Origin: Peribolospora baueri
Taxonomy: Eukaryota
Length of the DNA: 64,000 nucleotides
Assembly: GCA_029717555.1 (NCBI GenBank)
Contig: JAMDHS010000006.1
Coordinates: forward strand, 310,001 to 374,000
Reading direction: 5' to 3'
Shown one piece after another: positions 10,353-22,700 of this stretch. Under the pieces are notes generated by a model. The model was not told the origin of the DNA. It worked only from the letters and a program-made list of their open reading frames with translations, and did not search any database. Each line of letters starts with the position of its first letter. Within the stretch, counting starts at the first letter, position 1. Made by a program: the position numbers and the translations under genes.

Positions 10353-13055
10353 TCACGCCACCTCGGCCCATCCCAGCACGCCGTTCCAACTCCTCCACAT
10401 GCGCTCTACCACCTTCTCCTTCGCCCTCCGCTCCAAGCTCTCGTCCTCCAGGTCCCTCACGTCCTGCAAGAACCCGCGCCGGAGGCGCTTCGCCGTCCCC
10501 GACGAGCGCGAGGAGAGCAAGGGCGCGACGGAGCGGCGGAGGTATTGGAGGTCGAGGACGAGGAGACCTTGGGTGAGCGGGTCGAGCGTTTTCGATAGGT
10601 CGTCGTCGTCGTCGTCGTCGTTGTTGTCGTCGTCGTCGCGCGATCGTCTGATCGGAAGCGTGCTCGTCGCTGCCGCCTCTTTGCCAGCTGAAATGGTGAT
10701 CAGTCGGTCGATGCGCCTGGAGGAGGGAGCGATATGGACGCCCCGGCGCGCGACGAAAATGGTCAGCGCCTTTCGCCGACATGGACACCGAACCGGCTCT
10801 GGTGATGAACCCGCAAGCCCCGCGACGCACCTCATGGCTTCCCAGCTCTGAATCTTCACCTCTCCTTTCACCTTCCTCCTTCCTCGCCCTGTAACCTGGG
10901 ACAAGACATTTGCCGCCCAACTGCCGAAGACGTACAGCACGCCCAGAGAAGGGGCGATGCCGACACAGCCAAAGAGCAGCTCCTGGCTCTTGAGCAGCCT
11001 GTCGATCCCAGCCATGGCCATCTCCATGTCCACCTTGACTTTTTGCACTTGGATCAGCAACGCCCGGACGAGCGAGCCTTGCACTGTGCTTCGTAGCGGC
11101 CGCTGATGACCATGCGCATCGCGAGGGGAGAAGGAAATCCAATAGCGACCCATCAGTCACCGTCCACCGAACACAACACAAAATTGCCGACGCCCAGCGC
11201 CAGCTCACACGAAGTTCGTCCTCGTATATGCGCAGCACCGGCGTCAGGTCACCCTCTTTGACCTTTTCCGCCACCGTCCTGACCTCGTCAGCACTCATGC
11301 CGTACTTCTCTTTCGAGAAGGATGCGACCATGCGTTGCAGACTCTGAACGAATATGATAACGTGTTCCATCTGTTAGAGCATATCCCTCGAGTCGAATCA
11401 CCCAGTCCTATCCAAAGAAAAGAAAGTCACAAACGGTCGCTCACCTCGAGATCGCTCCTCAGCGAGTCCTTACTCAGAATGACGGCCCTCTCCTCCTCCG
11501 GCCTCCGCACGGTGTCGATGATGCCCATAATGGGCTCTACGACCCACCCGCCCCAGAACCCTCGAATCGTGGCTCCGGTCTCCCTGATGCGCTCCTTGAT
11601 CGCTTCCCTGCTCCTCCACGCCGCCCGTCCGCCGAGAAGGATGACGGTAGGCGCGAGGACGAGCAGAGGCCATCGCCGTGTGAGGAACGCCGGTCGGCCG
11701 AGGCAGGTGGGTGAAAGGAATCGGGAGGAGCAACGTGCTTGAAGAGGTAACAAGTCGGAAAGAAGGAACCGGAGCTCGTCCGCCAACTCGCGCGGCTTGC
11801 TGGCCTCGGGCGCTGCAGTAGAGGCGGCGGGACGAGAGAGGATGGCTTGCGCCTTGGCCAGTTGAACATGGTTCAGGAGCGAGGACAGTGGCACGCCGGC
11901 GACGGTAGACGCGACGCACTGTGGCTGGAAGACGGCCTTGCAAAGCTCCTCGACGCGCGCAGAAACGTCAGCTTTGAAAGCTCCAAACTTAGCCTCGGAA
12001 GGCCAGTCAACGACTTCTCCTTGGGCGTCGGTCAGATCGATCACGTTGATGGCCAATCGTCCGATTTGAAGAGCGATCGCATCACGCACTTTCTGGAGCG
12101 CTTTACGCTTCAGTCGAGCCTCTTGGCGGCCGAGATAGAGAGGGCTGAGCCTCCTAAGGACAAGAGAACGACCACCTTTCACCCCTTCTCTCTGAACATA
12201 GCCGAAGCGCGAGGCCTTGCTTCTAATAGAAGCATCGTCGGCTCCGTCGTTGTCATCACTCTTGAGACGTGACTCTTGGAGTGCTTGGCAGGCTGCGGTG
12301 TGGGGAAAGAGAGAACTTATGAGGTGGTTCCGAGTGCTGGAAAGCGATGCAAAGGTGCGGATGTTGGACAGAGAGAGGACGTCGGCGAACGAGACGGCGT
12401 GACCCTTTTGCACGGTATCTTGGAGAGCGAGCGCGGTGGATATGGTCAGACGGGTGAGTCGAAAGGGTAAGGCTGTCAAAGTGGGGCAGTGGCGGGCGTG
12501 TATAAGTAAAGATATTCAAAGCCGACGACGACTCGTCAAACGATCGCGTCGTCCGCCCGACCGGGGCCACCACCCACTTTGCACGAGGTACGCCGTTCTC
12601 TTGACAGGATCCTCTTCCACCTCTGTCCAATACCAAATTTCCTCCGAGATCTTAGAGGCAGCGTCAAGGAAAGCCTCGAGCACGATGCCATACGATGCCA
12701 CCGTGATCCTTGCCAACGTGATCCACTCGAGCGTCTCCTTCGCGAAGGCCACCGCCTCGTCGTTCTCGCTTGTGACCCTCCCTCCCGCTGGATGATCCTC
12801 CGAGGCGACATGCTCCACTTCGTCAAGCGCCTTTAGTAGTTTCTCCACCGGAAGAGACCCAGCGCTTAGCTCGATGCTGGACAGCGTGCTCTGCAGCCGG
12901 TGCAAGCGGGCGTTGCTGGCGATGAAATCCGCAGCGGCGGCATCAGCAGCAGAGGGGCCGGTGTGGCGGCCAGTAGAAGACTGCTCAAGCTGGCGTTCGA
13001 GGGCATCGAGCTGAGAGGTCAGCTGGCGCACTCTTTCGGTGGCGTAGGAGGACAT
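10353..13055 (-). CDS. NCA2: Nuclear control of ATP synthase protein Nca2 (multi-exon)
   Basis: Motifs YWTEVE..YLVQ, RPAFLTRRWP, GFWGGWVVEP, SLRSDLESLQRM, GDLTPVLRIYEDEL and GSLVRALLIQVQKVKVDMEMAMAGIDRLLKSQEL match the NCA2 family. Confidence 0.88.
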
Positions 13056-13404
13056 GTTGATTCTGATCCCTTCGATGGTGGAGGGTGGTGTTGGAGGAAT
13101 TGGGTCCGTCTAACTTCCTTCCTCTTTGAAGACGGGATGTCACGGGCGCTGCTGCGTCGATCGTTCCGCGCTGCGCGTAAACGACCGCGTCGCGCGACGG
13201 CAAGGCACATGTGAGTTAGTGAGACACGACGTAGAGGATTCGAGACGGTATATTCAGCACGACAATGGTTCGTAACACAATGAGAATCGTCCTCTGGAAG
13301 CCTACATGGCCATGTGCATATCAGATGTACGACAGAGCGGTCGCCGCGGGGAACAAGCAACCGAAGCAGGCAGGACGGCATGCTTGGGTCAGCCCTCCGC
13401 CACC

Positions 13405-16400
13405 TCACGCCTCTGCGCTACCCATCAGCTCTTCCCGAACCTCCGCCCACCACCGCACGCCGACCTCCTTCAGGCCCGCATCAAGGGCACAATCGATCTC
13501 CTCAAACGAGCGTTCCACCATCTCCTTCCTCTCGTCGCTCTTTTCGGGGATGGAGAGGATGGTGGCGCGAACAAGGGAGAGGAGGGAAGGGAGGAGAGTG
13601 GAAGACACGCAGGGGATGAGGAGCGGGAGAAGGTGGAGGAGAGCACGGAGGCGAGGGGAGGGATCCGGACTTTCGGAACTACCTGGAGTGGAATGACGAG
13701 AGGCTGATGGTGGCGGGGAAGAGGGCGCATCGGACGGAGACGGCGTGACAGAGGTGTTATCGGAGAAAGAGCTTTGCTCCTGCTTTTGCTCCAACTTTTC
13801 CTCCTTTTCGCCCTCCGCCTCCTCAAGCCTTGATCCGTCTTGGCGTCCAGCAACTGTGATCGCACCCACCAATCCTCCTCCTTCCCTTTCTATCTCCTCC
13901 GCGAGCCTCACGACGGCAAGCCATGCCACCGCCTCGTCGCGCTCCGCGAGGGCGGACACCACGACAGGGTAAGCGTGATGGAGTTGCGCCTCCCTAAGCA
14001 GCCCCGGGAAGCTCTGCAGAGAGCACCACGATTCGGAAGGAACAGTGAGAGTTGGCAGGCGATGACAAGAGGGATTCAAAATCAGGGATAGAAAAAGGTG
14101 GGAACAGATCAGCACCCTCTATAGCTTTCGGCTATACGCATAGCTAAGCATAACGACAGAAAGGTAGCGGACACGCACCTTGCACAACAACCCAATGTAC
14201 CACGGAGCGAGTTCGATCGCTATGGACTTCCGGTTTGCGAACAACGATAGCACGGCCGAATGGGCGGACTCGAAGGCGTCTGTATACCGAGGATCTTCGA
14301 GATAACTGTTCGTACGAGGACAAAGTGCGAAAGCGTTACGCCCGCAGGCACAAATTGTGAGGTTTCAGCCATACCGCGCCATCAATGTGTGAGAGAGGAG
14401 AGGGCCGAAGGTGCGATATTGTAGAGCTCTGTAACCACTCACGGCTTACAGGCCATTAATAACGATTCCTCGATTACCTCATCCGGCAGGCTCGCTGAAA
14501 TCTGCTCGGCCACATTGAGGTAGTAGGTTGCGCGCGCCCGGGCTACGGGGTTGTGCTCAAGTCGGCCTTCAGAGGGGTGGTAAAAATGTGAACAGGGTGA
14601 CAAACAGAACGGAACGGCGACGGTGAGCTCAAACATGGGTTCACTTTTCTTCTGCCAGGCCATCTACGTCACTTGCAAGACCGCCAACTCACCCAACTCC
14701 TTCTCTTGCGGGCCAACTCCAATCTCCCCGCCGAATCCATCCCAATCGTCATCCGCACAACCGCCTCGCGGCCCTTCCAATGCGACGCAAGCCTCTTCAT
14801 CCCGGCAAACGATGTCCAATGCGCTGTAAAACACCTTGCTGTACACGTCGAAGCCATCGGGACCAAAGGTGGAGGTGACGAAGTAGAGGTGGGAGAAGGT
14901 TGTCAGAAGGTGGAGGATGATGGCGAGGTACGGAGGGGGAATGGGAGTGGTGGAGATGGTGCGGAGAGGGGTGGAACTTGTCGTAGAGCCCCTGCTGCCG
15001 CTTGTCCTCGACAATCGATGCTTGCGCTGGTCGGACGGTCGGACGCCACGAGGCTTAAGCGCAGCGCGGGGCGGGTCGCCGGTGAAAGCGGTACTGGTAG
15101 GAGCAGAGAGGTCGGTGGCAGCGGCGGAAGAATCGGGAGAAAAGGAGGAAAAAGACGCGACGACGGTCGCGGGGCAGAGGTCCACGATGGCGTCAACGAG
15201 GGACTCTGCGATCATGGTGTAGGAGAAAAGCTGCGTCTTCAACAGTTGCCAAAGTCGCGTCGTCTGTTGGCGACAGGCGTCGGCTTAAACGGGATAAGAA
15301 CAGAGGGAGGTACCGCATGTGTCAGAGTGAAGTAAGCGGGATTAAGGCACTCTCTAGAGACGACCAAAGGCAAGGTTCAAGCAAAAATCGCGAAAAGACG
15401 GCTATGGCCCACCTGAACACTCACCCAACAGTTCGTCACCAGCCCCGCAAAGCTCCGACCTCTCCCAGGCCCCCTCGACCCTTTCCGCCGCGTTCCTCAT
15501 CCGTCTCAAGATGGGCGCGCAGCGTCGCTCGAAGTCGATGGGCGAGAGCATACTGGCGAGACGGGCGAGCGCGTTGGAGAGAATGCGTGAGAGGGGGCCA
15601 AGTGTTGCGTAGAGAGGCCTTTTCATGATTGCATCGATGCGTCGAGCTGTGGTAGAAGTTGGCTATATGGTGATGAGGAGAGGTCGATGTACAAGGCGTG
15701 AATTAGCGGGAAAAGGATATATTTTTCTCGCCTTTCCAGAGCCGATAGTCGAAGGAAAGGGCAAACTCACGGGAAGGTCGACCTTCCCGTCAACCGCCCT
15801 GGTGGTTTCAGCGGAGAGGTCGTCCAAGAACGTGCCGTCCTGTAGCGTCTCGAAAATAGCGCCGGCGCTCGCTGCCACTACGGTCTACGAGGTTACAAGG
15901 CAAGGGAGGACGAATCAATTGGAAGAAAGGATCGATAAAGGGATAAGCAAAGAAGAGAAACATCTATTTGCTCGTCCACTCACCTCGACAGGCAGGATAT
16001 CGAGTTTGGAGTCAGGGACGGATAGAAAAACTTGCGAACCAAGATATAGAGCCGTGGTGAGGTCCTGTTTGCGACCCAAGTCTCGATCTGGCGACGGTTG
16101 GTTAAGCAAGGGAAGGGAAGAGGAGAGGCAGTGTAACCATAACGTCCGTCCCCTTCCTTAGTCGTTTGCTAGTTGTGGGGCGAAGGTGTCAAGACTTACG
16201 TGGAAGGTTTGACCGATTGTCAAACTCCTTCTCCCACTCGTCCGCCGTCCTTGCCTCAGCAGCGTCCGCCGAGGATCCAGAAGCAGTGCAAATGGCCTCG
16301 CCAAAGCACTTTACCCAAACGTCCTCAGCCCTCGTCAACGGCCTCCTCACGCCCACACCCTCTCCTACGGCGAACACACCCGCCTTCGAGCGGCTTTCTG

Positions 16401-17067
16401 CCTTCCTCCTCTTCGCCTCTTGCAGACCTGCCAATAAACCAGTGGCGAGTACTGTTTTAGCAAGTGGCGAAGCAGGGGGCATAGGATCGCGCACGACGGA
16501 AGAGAAGGTGGAGGTGGAAGGAACGGTGAAACTTTGCTCTGGAGCGTCGTCTACCGAAGAGAGCACCGCCGACGTCCACTCGGAGAGGCGAATACGCGCT
16601 CGAAGGCCGGTGGAGCCGTCAAGTGAGCGAATGACAAGCGAAATGCGATGGAGTACGGCGGAGGCAAGAGCGGATGAGATGGACTGGGCTCGGACGAAGA
16701 GCGGGTCGATGTCGGCGCCGGTAAGTGTGTCCTCGCCCTCGCTCCACTCCCCTTTCCGCGTTTCCCCCACGTCATCTCCTCCCTTCCTGCCACGCATTTG
16801 CAACCTAGCAGCATCCCTATCCCAAAGCACTGGGCTCCTCACCACGATGCTGGCAAACAGGGCGACGTCCGACGCGGGGAGGGTGGCGAGATAGTAGGCG
16901 ATGGACCGGTGTACCGTGGATGGGTCGAGGAGGGCAAGATGTTGAGCTGAGGCGGAAGGGGGCCGGGAGAGAAGGGAGCAGAGGGAGAGCAGGCGGTCGT
17001 CTGGCGGAGGAAAGAGCTCCGAGGAGGCGCTTCCCTGCGCATTTGGGCCGTTTGCCGTCGACGACAT
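13405..17067 (-). CDS. Probable peroxin Pex8 (often annotated 'peroxisomal membrane protein Pex17' in fungi); multi-exon helical protein
   Basis: An ordered motif series resembles fungal Pex8 as I recall it: WQLLKTQLFSY, FSHLYFVTSTFG, YYLNVAEQ, FESAHSAVLSLF, QLHHAY and GVRWW. ATG at 17067, TGA at 13405-13407. Confidence 0.6.
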
Positions 17068-17334
17068 GGCGATGGTGTCCGTGCGAAGGAGAGGATGAAG
17101 GTGTGACCGTTGTGCGAGGTTGAGCGTGCGGAGTAACGAACGTCTCGGGAACCTTCCGGGCCGGGACTTAATTGCGGTGCGGAGATGCGCGGGGTAAGCG
17201 TCGAGTGTCGATCCTGGTTGACCTGCCTTCCTTACGCGGTATGGATCAGGCGGCGACGTTCCTCTCGACCGTGCGAGTGGGCGTGTCGCCGTCGACGCAG
17301 ATGGATCATACCTTGTAAGTAGTCAGATACGTAG

Positions 17335-18664
17335 TGCTCGCAGCGTCGTAACCACCGTCCTCGTCTCGTCGAGGCGGACACGTACCCATACCTCAGCTGC
17401 AACCCCCGCATACCCCGTTCTCCTCGGTCGTCGCCGCCTCGCCAACCCTCTGCCTACCATGGCCTCCGTTCGTATTCGAAGACGAGCGTCCGTAGCCGTA
17501 CCCCAAAGGTCACGGATGAGCTCCATGTCGTCGAGTCGGCAGTGCCTTCCGTCCGTTCCCTCACCCCGCTCGCGTCGATGCCTTCCACCCGCTCCACGAC
17601 CTCGCGCGCCGAGGAACGGGAGGGAGACGCGCAGAGAAAGGCGACCGCATCACCCCACTCATCTCCCCATCCGTCCCCTCCTATGCAGCCAGGCGTCGAC
17701 GAAGTGGGCGCGGTCGCAGAGGAGCAGCCCGCCGCAGTGACCCAAGAGCGATGCCCCTCCCAGGGCTCGCCGGTCTCGCCGCCGGCGGCTGCTCCCCAGA
17801 GATTGAAGAGCGACCGAACACGTCGGCCCACCACCTCTCGACGTCGCTTCAGTGTCGTCGCCTCCCTTGCTCTTCCTGGCGGCGATTCGAAGGCGGCTTC
17901 CGAGCGTCGAAGAGCGTGTGTATCGCGGCTTGATCATCAAGATCAACAGCCTTCACGCAACCTTCTGATGCTCGAGCATGGAATGGCGACCCAGCAGAGG
18001 GTCGTGACCTGAGGGCGTCGACCCGCCTCAGCGTTCCAGTTCTATTTATGCTGAACGCGGCGCCGACGCGGATGTGAACGACGCGGAAGAGGAAGAGTTC
18101 CATGAGGAGGAGGTCGTCGACCACCTCGACGTAATCGGTGTGTTGGCCAGCGTTTTCCATGTGACCTTGGCGACAAACGAAAGCAGCGAATTCACCCTTG
18201 TTCCCATTAAACAAGCCAAGTAATTTTTTTGCCTTTGTTCACATCCCTCTCTCACCCATCGTGCAATTATACAGACCCAGCCGTATCGACGTTCTCACAC
18301 TTGACAAATATGCAAAACGCCATCGTATTTCCTCCCCTCACCGCTCTCTACTTGCGTACCCCAGTTATGGATCTGCCATCCCGCTCCGAGGAAGAGCAGT
18401 CGGAGGCCGTTGGCGCTCCTCTGACAAAGTCAACAGCAACGCCCGAGGAAAGGAAACGAGCCATGTCGGATGTCAGCACCGCCTTCCCCTGCCGGCCGGA
18501 CGCCACCAATCATCCATAGTGGAACCAGACGGCGAAATGGGCATGTCCGATCTTAGAACCCATCTTGACGAGAGATCCGCTGGACGACCACGTGTACGAG
18601 ATGCTCACGAGGAAGCAGAAAGTCAGGAGACGGCTGGACGGGCTCTGGGCTTATTTGAAGACTC
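17335..18664 (+). pseudogene. Truncated or disrupted N-terminal part of a DUF2985-like fungal membrane-protein gene
   Basis: Spliced motifs EEEVVDHLDVI|DPAVSTFSHLTNMQNAIVFPPL and PLDDHVYEMLTRKQKVRRRLDGLWAYLKT|P resemble the region that precedes the DUF2985 transmembrane domain. There is a frame discontinuity near 18005-18012, an in-frame TAG at 18517-18519, and no transmembrane exon downstream. The start is uncertain. Confidence 0.5.
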
Positions 18665-18761
18665 GTGAGTTTGCCCGGCTCGTCGATGCGAGTGGAGAGT
18701 GACTGGAGGTCAAGGTTTTGACCTTCTATCCTTTTCGTTCGGTGCCCCCTGTCCGTGCTTC

Positions 18762-18762
<1 letters not shown>

Positions 18763-18808
<46 letters not shown>
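18763..18808 (+). repeat. C46 homopolymer
   Basis: Direct count. Confidence 0.95.
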
Positions 18809-18810
<2 letters not shown>

Positions 18811-19768
18811 TCTCCTTGATGACAGCTGCTTGTGAAAGTTCCCGGCTCGGCTTCGTTCACTGTCCCGACTCGCCCGCTCTCCTCGAACCGACGATGTTTC
18901 CCCCCGTAATCCTCGTCCCTCCCCCCCCGGGGGCTGTCCTGTCCAATAGCGTAGCACCTGTCCATCCATCCATCCACCCATCCATCTATCCGCTCGTCCC
19001 CCTCTTCTCTTTCCCTGGTGGAATATCAAGCGAAATGGGCCATCTGGAGTGCTTTATTTGCCCCCCCCCCAACCAGACAGATCGGTGGAGCCGGGCGTGA
19101 CCATCTCCGCTCTCCTTCTTTTGTTCGAACGAGAGTCGGCGGTGAGAAATCGAGGGACGGACGGAGCATCGCCTGATTCCTTTCTTTTTGACACACTCAG
19201 CCATTTCGTTTGAACGATGAGAAGGGAAGCAAGGCACGACGACGATGAGCAGAGTAGGAAATTGCATGCGCGCGACGCTGCAACACGAGGAGTGGAGAGG
19301 AAACTGACGACGACAACGACAGCGACAATGACGCGGGGGTCGCTGAGCTTGTAATGATACACGAAACGACGACGACGGGGCGGCGGGACGCGTGAGCGCC
19401 AAAGTGAGGAAAGGGACAGATATGTGAGTGTGACAAGTAGAAAGGGACGACGTCGAAGGTATGTCGGCCGCAACGCCACATCCTCTGGCCGCTAGAGGGA
19501 GAAGAGAACGCAAGAGAATAGAAAATCGGCGGCCAACGCTGGATGAATGGGGTAACGAGAAGACGAAGGAACACACAAGTCCAAGCGGGGAGGCTCGTCC
19601 TCATCCGCGGCGATGGATGATGATGCGCCGGAGAAGGCACAACGTGTTGCGACGAGTGAGAGATCAAAGCGCGGGATCCAAACTCAGAAAGTCCCACTCG
19701 GTCGGTTGACAGGCGATGACGAAAGCGCAAGTCGGAAAAGGGGGAGACAGAACGCGCGCGACCTCGCT

Positions 19769-22700
19769 TCAACTCGGCGTCTCCTCGCCCTTTCGCGCAG
19801 ACCCATCGCTGCCTCCGAAAGTTGCGTTCGCGGCCGTCGACTTGCTCAGCCCGATCTTGATCTGCCTCGGTCCTGTCCCGGTCCCGGCCCCAGCTCCGAC
19901 GGATCTTGCCGCTGCTGCGCCTGACGGCACACCCCCACCAGTGCCTTGTGGTGAGGCAGAGCCTGCAGCAGCCTTGGCAGCGCCCGCTCCTAAGACAGTT
20001 TTCGGCTTGGCGCGGCTATTCTCCACGTGGAACGAGGCGCTGGCGTTTGCCGACGGAGACTCGGCAGTGGGATTTGGTGATGCCGAATCTGTTGAAGCCC
20101 GTCCAGGAGAATCTGAGAGATTGACTTTAATCGTCTTCTTAGCAGTCGAAGGGGACGACGTCTGCGCCGACGAAGGCGGGTCCTTCTTCGCTCTGGCGCT
20201 CAGCCGACCCATTATGTCCTCCTCCTCTTCGTCCTCCTCCTCCCTGCGCCGCTTTTCCCTGAGCGAGGGCGGTGGTTCAGAGGGCGCGGTGACGGTGGAG
20301 GCGGTGACGGTGGCGGTGGCGGCCTGACCAGCAGCAGTAGAGTCGGCAGGAGGCGTAAGGGAATTCACGACGGCGGTAGCATCTATGTCACCTTCGGCAT
20401 CTCCGTCGTCGTCATAGTCCACGAGCGAAGGCGATGGACCACTCCGACCGGAGACGCTGCTCGGCGAAGAGTCGCGGACCGGGATCGGCGCGTCCTCGGG
20501 CGAGGCCCGCCAGGCTTGAGTTCGGACGAGCCGGGCTCGTCCACCGCCACGACTGCTGCCAGCGGCTGCATGCGGCTCACGAGAAGCTGTTGAGGATGCC
20601 GCTCCAGCCGCAAAACTCTTCTCCAGCTCCTCGTCCGACTCGTCATCTGAAGTGTTGAAGTAGCTCTCTTCGTCCGCGTCCATGAAAAAGCGCTCGACGT
20701 TCCGTCTCGACGTGCGTGGACTGCTTAGGAAGAAGGGGCGGGCGCGGCCACAGGACGAAAACGTGAACACGGACCCAACTTATCGACAGAAAAGTCGACG
20801 CTCGACTCACGCTTTGCCATCCTCGCCCTGCTCCTCTTCCGCTGCCTCCTCCTTAGGCGCGTTGTTTTGCTCCCACCGCATGAAGAGTTGAGTGAAGCAC
20901 TGTTGCGTGTTGCGCGCCTTCATCAGCTGTTCGAGCCGATCTCGGTGTGTGGTGACGATGTGATCGATGATGGGCTTCGGATTGGTCTGACCGGAGGTGA
21001 TGAGAGCGCCGATATTCAGCACATTCATCTCCATCCGCGACAGGTGGAGATTGCACGTCCAAAATCAAAAGTTCCCGCAAGCTCACCTTTCGGATGTGCT
21101 CGAAGAGTTCCAAGCAAGCCGAGCATACCAGGTTGTCCCTCACCGACTCTCGTTCCATGGTCTCCAGTAGGGCGGTGAACACTTCCCGTTTCAGAAGTTC
21201 ACGGTTCAGAAAGGCGTTGTTGCGGGCGATGCAGGCGCGGAAGAATCGTATGGCCGCTGTTGACGCAAAGGCCGATTAAAGAAAGAAGGAAGAGATGTAA
21301 GGCAATGATGAGCACCACCCCGTCAGGACCTTCTAATGGATCCCCATCAGACATGTGTGAACACGCGGAACTCACTCAATCGAATATGCTTTTCCCGTGA
21401 TCGCAACAAAAAGGCCACCTTGTGAGCAATGGGTGGTGTGCAAACGTAAAACTGGCTGCGGAACTCGTGGTGAGCGATCACGTAGCAAAGGAGATCGCAG
21501 AGGTGGAACAGGAGGGCCGAGCGAGAGCGCAATATCAAGGGTGGAACATCGTCTGAAGCGTAACAGTGAGAGAGGAAGAAGGGAAGTGAGCGAGGGTTGG
21601 CGCACACGCCAGTCTGTCATGACCTGATAGACGCAGCCACCACAGTAGGACACTCACGCTCTTTCATATCCCGAAAGTCCGGCAGGTCGTGCAAAGGCTG
21701 GAAGAGCTGCTCGACCCCTTTTCCTTTATCGTAGAACCAGTCGAGGAACTTGTCCGGGTCGCCCTTGGGCCGCGCGGTGGCGAAATGGGCGCGCTGGCCC
21801 GCTGCCTGCTGGTCCTCGAGCAGGACACGGAGGGACTCGGCCATCTGCGACTTGAGACCGAGGTCAGGTTCACGGTGGAGAATATCTACGATGGTCGACA
21901 TGAGCGTCCGTTCGAGCTTCGCTTCGGCCTGCTGGAGGATGTATATCCTGACGCTGCTGGGGTCGTATTCGATGATGATCATCAGCACCTCCGCTGCGGC
22001 ATTACGGAGCTGCTGGTCCCGTCTCTGGAGAGCGTACTCGACGACGCGAGGAAGACCCCAGTCGATGAGTGTCCGATACAAGTTCAGACGGTGTTGCAGC
22101 TGAAGGTTCTTGCCCATGGCGCATAGCTGCTGGAGGAAGATGACGGCATCGCCCCGCCGTCGCGCCGTCTCATCGTTCTCCTCCTCCCCCTCCGACTCGT
22201 CGAAAATATTGTAAAGCTCTGCGAGGAAGCGGTCGTCGGTGGAGCAAAAGTTGACAATGTCCACCTGGTTGAAGAAGATGAAAGAGTTGAGATTGGCGAA
22301 CGTGGGGTCGTCGAGGACACGGGCGAGAACGACGTCTTTGAGGTAGAGAAGACGGTACGTCTGATGGATCTTGTTGAGAATAGTGGGGTCGGATATCTGG
22401 ACCACTTGACGATATCGTTCGGGATTGGACAGAAATGCGCGGTACGACGCCTTGAGCTTCGGGTACTCAGGGTCATCTATCGAGCGTGATTCAAAACAGA
22501 TCAGCAAGAGCGGGAAAAGGCTTCGACGTGCGAGAAGCGAGGTCAGAACTCACACTCCAGCATCCCAAGAACATGAAAAAAGACGTCCTCCTTGAGGACA
22601 TAGTCGAGGATCAGGTTCTCGCCGAGCATCACTGCGCGCATGGGGAGGCAGAAACCGTCGTCAGTGATCCGAGCTGAGAAGCAGAGGTCGATCGACCTAG

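Noticed and set aside
18517..18519. In-frame TAG as a possible A-to-I edited or readthrough stop
   Set aside because: Such editing is documented mainly in certain ascomycete classes. A 48-nt intron or pseudogenisation explains it more simply.
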